Assembly (NCBI GenBank): GCA_026387175.1
Contig: JAPLME010000012.1
Coordinates: 69,849 to 133,848 of the forward strand
Origin: Candidatus Omnitrophota bacterium
GTDB taxonomy: Bacteria > Omnitrophota > Gorgyraeia > 2-01-FULL-45-10
DNA: 64,000 nt
Direction: 5' to 3'
Both the position numbers and the translations under genes were made by a program. Shown here piece by piece: positions 58,101 to 61,100 of the stretch; the stretch's first letter is position 1, and each line of letters starts with the position of its first letter. The notes under the pieces were generated by a model that had not been told where the DNA came from, searched no databases, and worked only from the letters and a program-made list of their open reading frames with translations.

Positions 58101-61100
58101 TACAGGAGCCGCTCCTTCTGCAGGAAGCAACCCTTCCACAGGAGCCGCTCCTTCGGAGCCGAGCGCTGCCACTACGTCCGGCACGCTTTCAATGGGCGCC
58201 GTTATACGAGTAGCCGATCCCGCATTCAAAGCGAGAATTGCTTACAGAGGCAGCCTCCAAGAAATGTTCAATGCGTATGTAAGGGCGGCAAAGAGCGATC
58301 AGATGATAGAGGCTGAGAGGGCTCAGATCGATGAAGAATTGCTAAAATTCGAACTGCGGGAAGCCAAGAAAAGGCTGGATCTGGCGGTAAGATTAAGAGA
58401 GCTTCGCGATCGCCAGGATAAGGATCAGAAAGTAAGGATAGATGCCGCCGGAAAAGATTTCGACGTTCATAATAACGAACTTCAGGCGAAGAACGATGTT
58501 GCCGATCTTGAACGAAGGCTCAAAGAAATACAATTTAAATATTCCGTGAGAAAGAGTTCGCTTAAATACGGCGTGGATCTTACCGCGGAAGTCGATAAGC
58601 TCATAAAGACATTGGAGTCGATAGATCGGGTGGTCGATATAGCCGATAAGGGAGAGCCATATGATCTTTCTATAACTGGAGAAAATAATATAAAGAATAA
58701 GAGCTGGTGGATAGGCTTGCAGTTGCCTTTCCCCATATGGTTTACAAGCAGGTGGGCCGCTAAAAAGATCAATGTCAAACAAGTGAAAAAAGACCAGCAG
58801 TTGGAGCAGGAGAAAGCAGCGAGTGTAATAATAGGGTGGATAAATGATGATCTGAAAACCGATAATGATCTTACAACCGCCAAGGCGAATGTTAAAGGGG
58901 CGGAGGAGATGATAGCGAAGATCACCAAAGAATTAGACAGGTTAAAAGGAAAAGGCTCGCGAGAAGATATCGTTCTTCGTATAGAGATGGACCTTGCCAG
59001 ATCCAGGATGGCGCTGGAAAATGCAAAAGGAGTTTTAAAGAAAGCAGGGCTCGTAAAAGAACGATCGAAGAAGATCCTTACGGCACTGGACAACTCTCTC
59101 AGAAGAACAGACGATGTTTTGATGGAGTCGCCTTCTGTGACTAAGCTAAAAGATTTTGCGAGAGAGGCATTGAGCCAAAAACGCAGAGGCGACAAGATCT
59201 CGATCACATGGGAAAAGTTTAAAGAGCTGGCGGAAAAGAATGCTGTCCCGGTCAAAATCGCTACCACCGAAAAAGAGAAGAGCGAACTGGAGCTGACGAA
59301 GAAAAAATTGACGGCCCGTCTACCGTACCTCTTCCTTGGAGCCCCTTATGCGCCGGGCGCCGGAAACGACACTTTCCGCTATGGCCTTACGGCTTATACC
59401 GACCCTTCAAGATGGTTTGAGCTCACCAACCCCGCCATTAAAGAGGCCAGGCTCGAAGATATGATAAAACAATTGGATAGCGAAAAGGAAAAGCTTAACA
59501 CGAGATTAGATATAGACGGCGCATACGGAGCCTACAGAGTCGCGCTTGTGAAAGCGGAATCCCTGAAATCTATACTTAAGAAGATGAGAGAGCAAAGATC
59601 GCGCATGGAAGCGCATACCAGGATATATCCAGAATCCGGCGGCGAAGCAGTCAATAGATATGATGTCCTTATCGCGGATACGGAAAAGACGCTGAGAGAT
59701 ACGACGGCTCAGATCAATGATCTCAAGATAAAGATGATGAATATGCTGCAGAGCGTAGGCGATATAGATTTTAAGGATGAGTCCGGCAGATCCGTAGGAT
59801 TGGAGAAGGTAGATTTTGATGCTATCTGGCCCAAAATAGAGGCCGGCCACCCCGATATAAAAGCGCTCAAACTTAGAATAGATAAAGAAGAAGTCTCCGC
59901 AAGGGCCGTATTGCGCGACAATTGGTGGACGGAGCTTTCAATTTCGCTCGTAAACAGCGAAAAATTAACGCCAGGGCTGAATTTAGTTTTAAATGTCAGG
60001 TTGAACCCGAGCTATTGGGAAAATAACGCGGAAAAGATCAGGGTAAAGGAAGTAAAGGAAGAGCTTAGAAAGAACCTTTTTGAATTAAGGCGTAAGATAG
60101 ATGACTCTATATCGAGACGCGCCAATCTTATTGCATCGATAAAGTTGGCAGAAGGTGTTTACAAAGAGAGAGCGCGTATGGTGGTGGAGGAAAGAAAGAA
60201 CTACCTCAACACCACTATTCCCACGGACAAATTACGCGAGAGAGAATACGATCTTCTGGAGGCCCAGAAGGAATACTTTGCGCAGCTTGCGGAACTCCGT
60301 ACAATAGACGCGCAGTTAAAAGATATTGTGGAAAAAGTAGGCGGCAGGATAGAAGAGACCGGCGTGGAAGAGGTTAGGAAAGATATAGTGCGTACTGAGG
60401 AACTCAGCAATGATTTTGCGGATCTCGGCGCGCAGATAGCTATGGCGGAACAGGCCAGACGAGTGGCTTCAAGGGGGATCAAATGGGTCGATAAAGCTTT
60501 AAATAGATTATCGAAAGGCATTACGCCGGAAGACGATCTGGCCGCAGCTCTCGTAAAGACGATGGAGAAGAGTGCTTCGATCGAAGTCAACGCAGCCAAT
60601 TTAAAAGAAGCCGGATATATATCCAGGGAGAAAATGGCCGAGATAGCCGTGCTTATGGGAATGCCGAAGACCCGGGCCCAGGAGCTTGAACGCGTTCAGG
60701 ATCTTCTCAGAGTAGTCTTTGATAGATATAGAAAAGCGCATAACATGACAAAAGATGAAATGTCGGCATATATAGGCAACTTCATATATTTCGCCCGGAC
60801 CATCCTGCCCAAAGTCAAGACAATCGAAACGTTACCCGAATTTGTCGGCACCCAATTCGCGTTCGTGGATAGAGATGAAACCTTAAGTTACAAAAAGCTC
60901 GGGCTGGTAAGCTACTACGCAAGGCGGGCGACCCTTCTTCTGTCGCCGGGATACAGTTGCGAAGGGAAAGGCCAGGGCGCGGCCAGAGATACGCTAGTGA
61001 AGAAAGAGGCCCCTGAAGATATCAAATTCTTAAATATGTATGACAGGATGGCCAAAGGCGGGACCTTAACCGCCGCCGATTACGAGCAATATATAAAATG

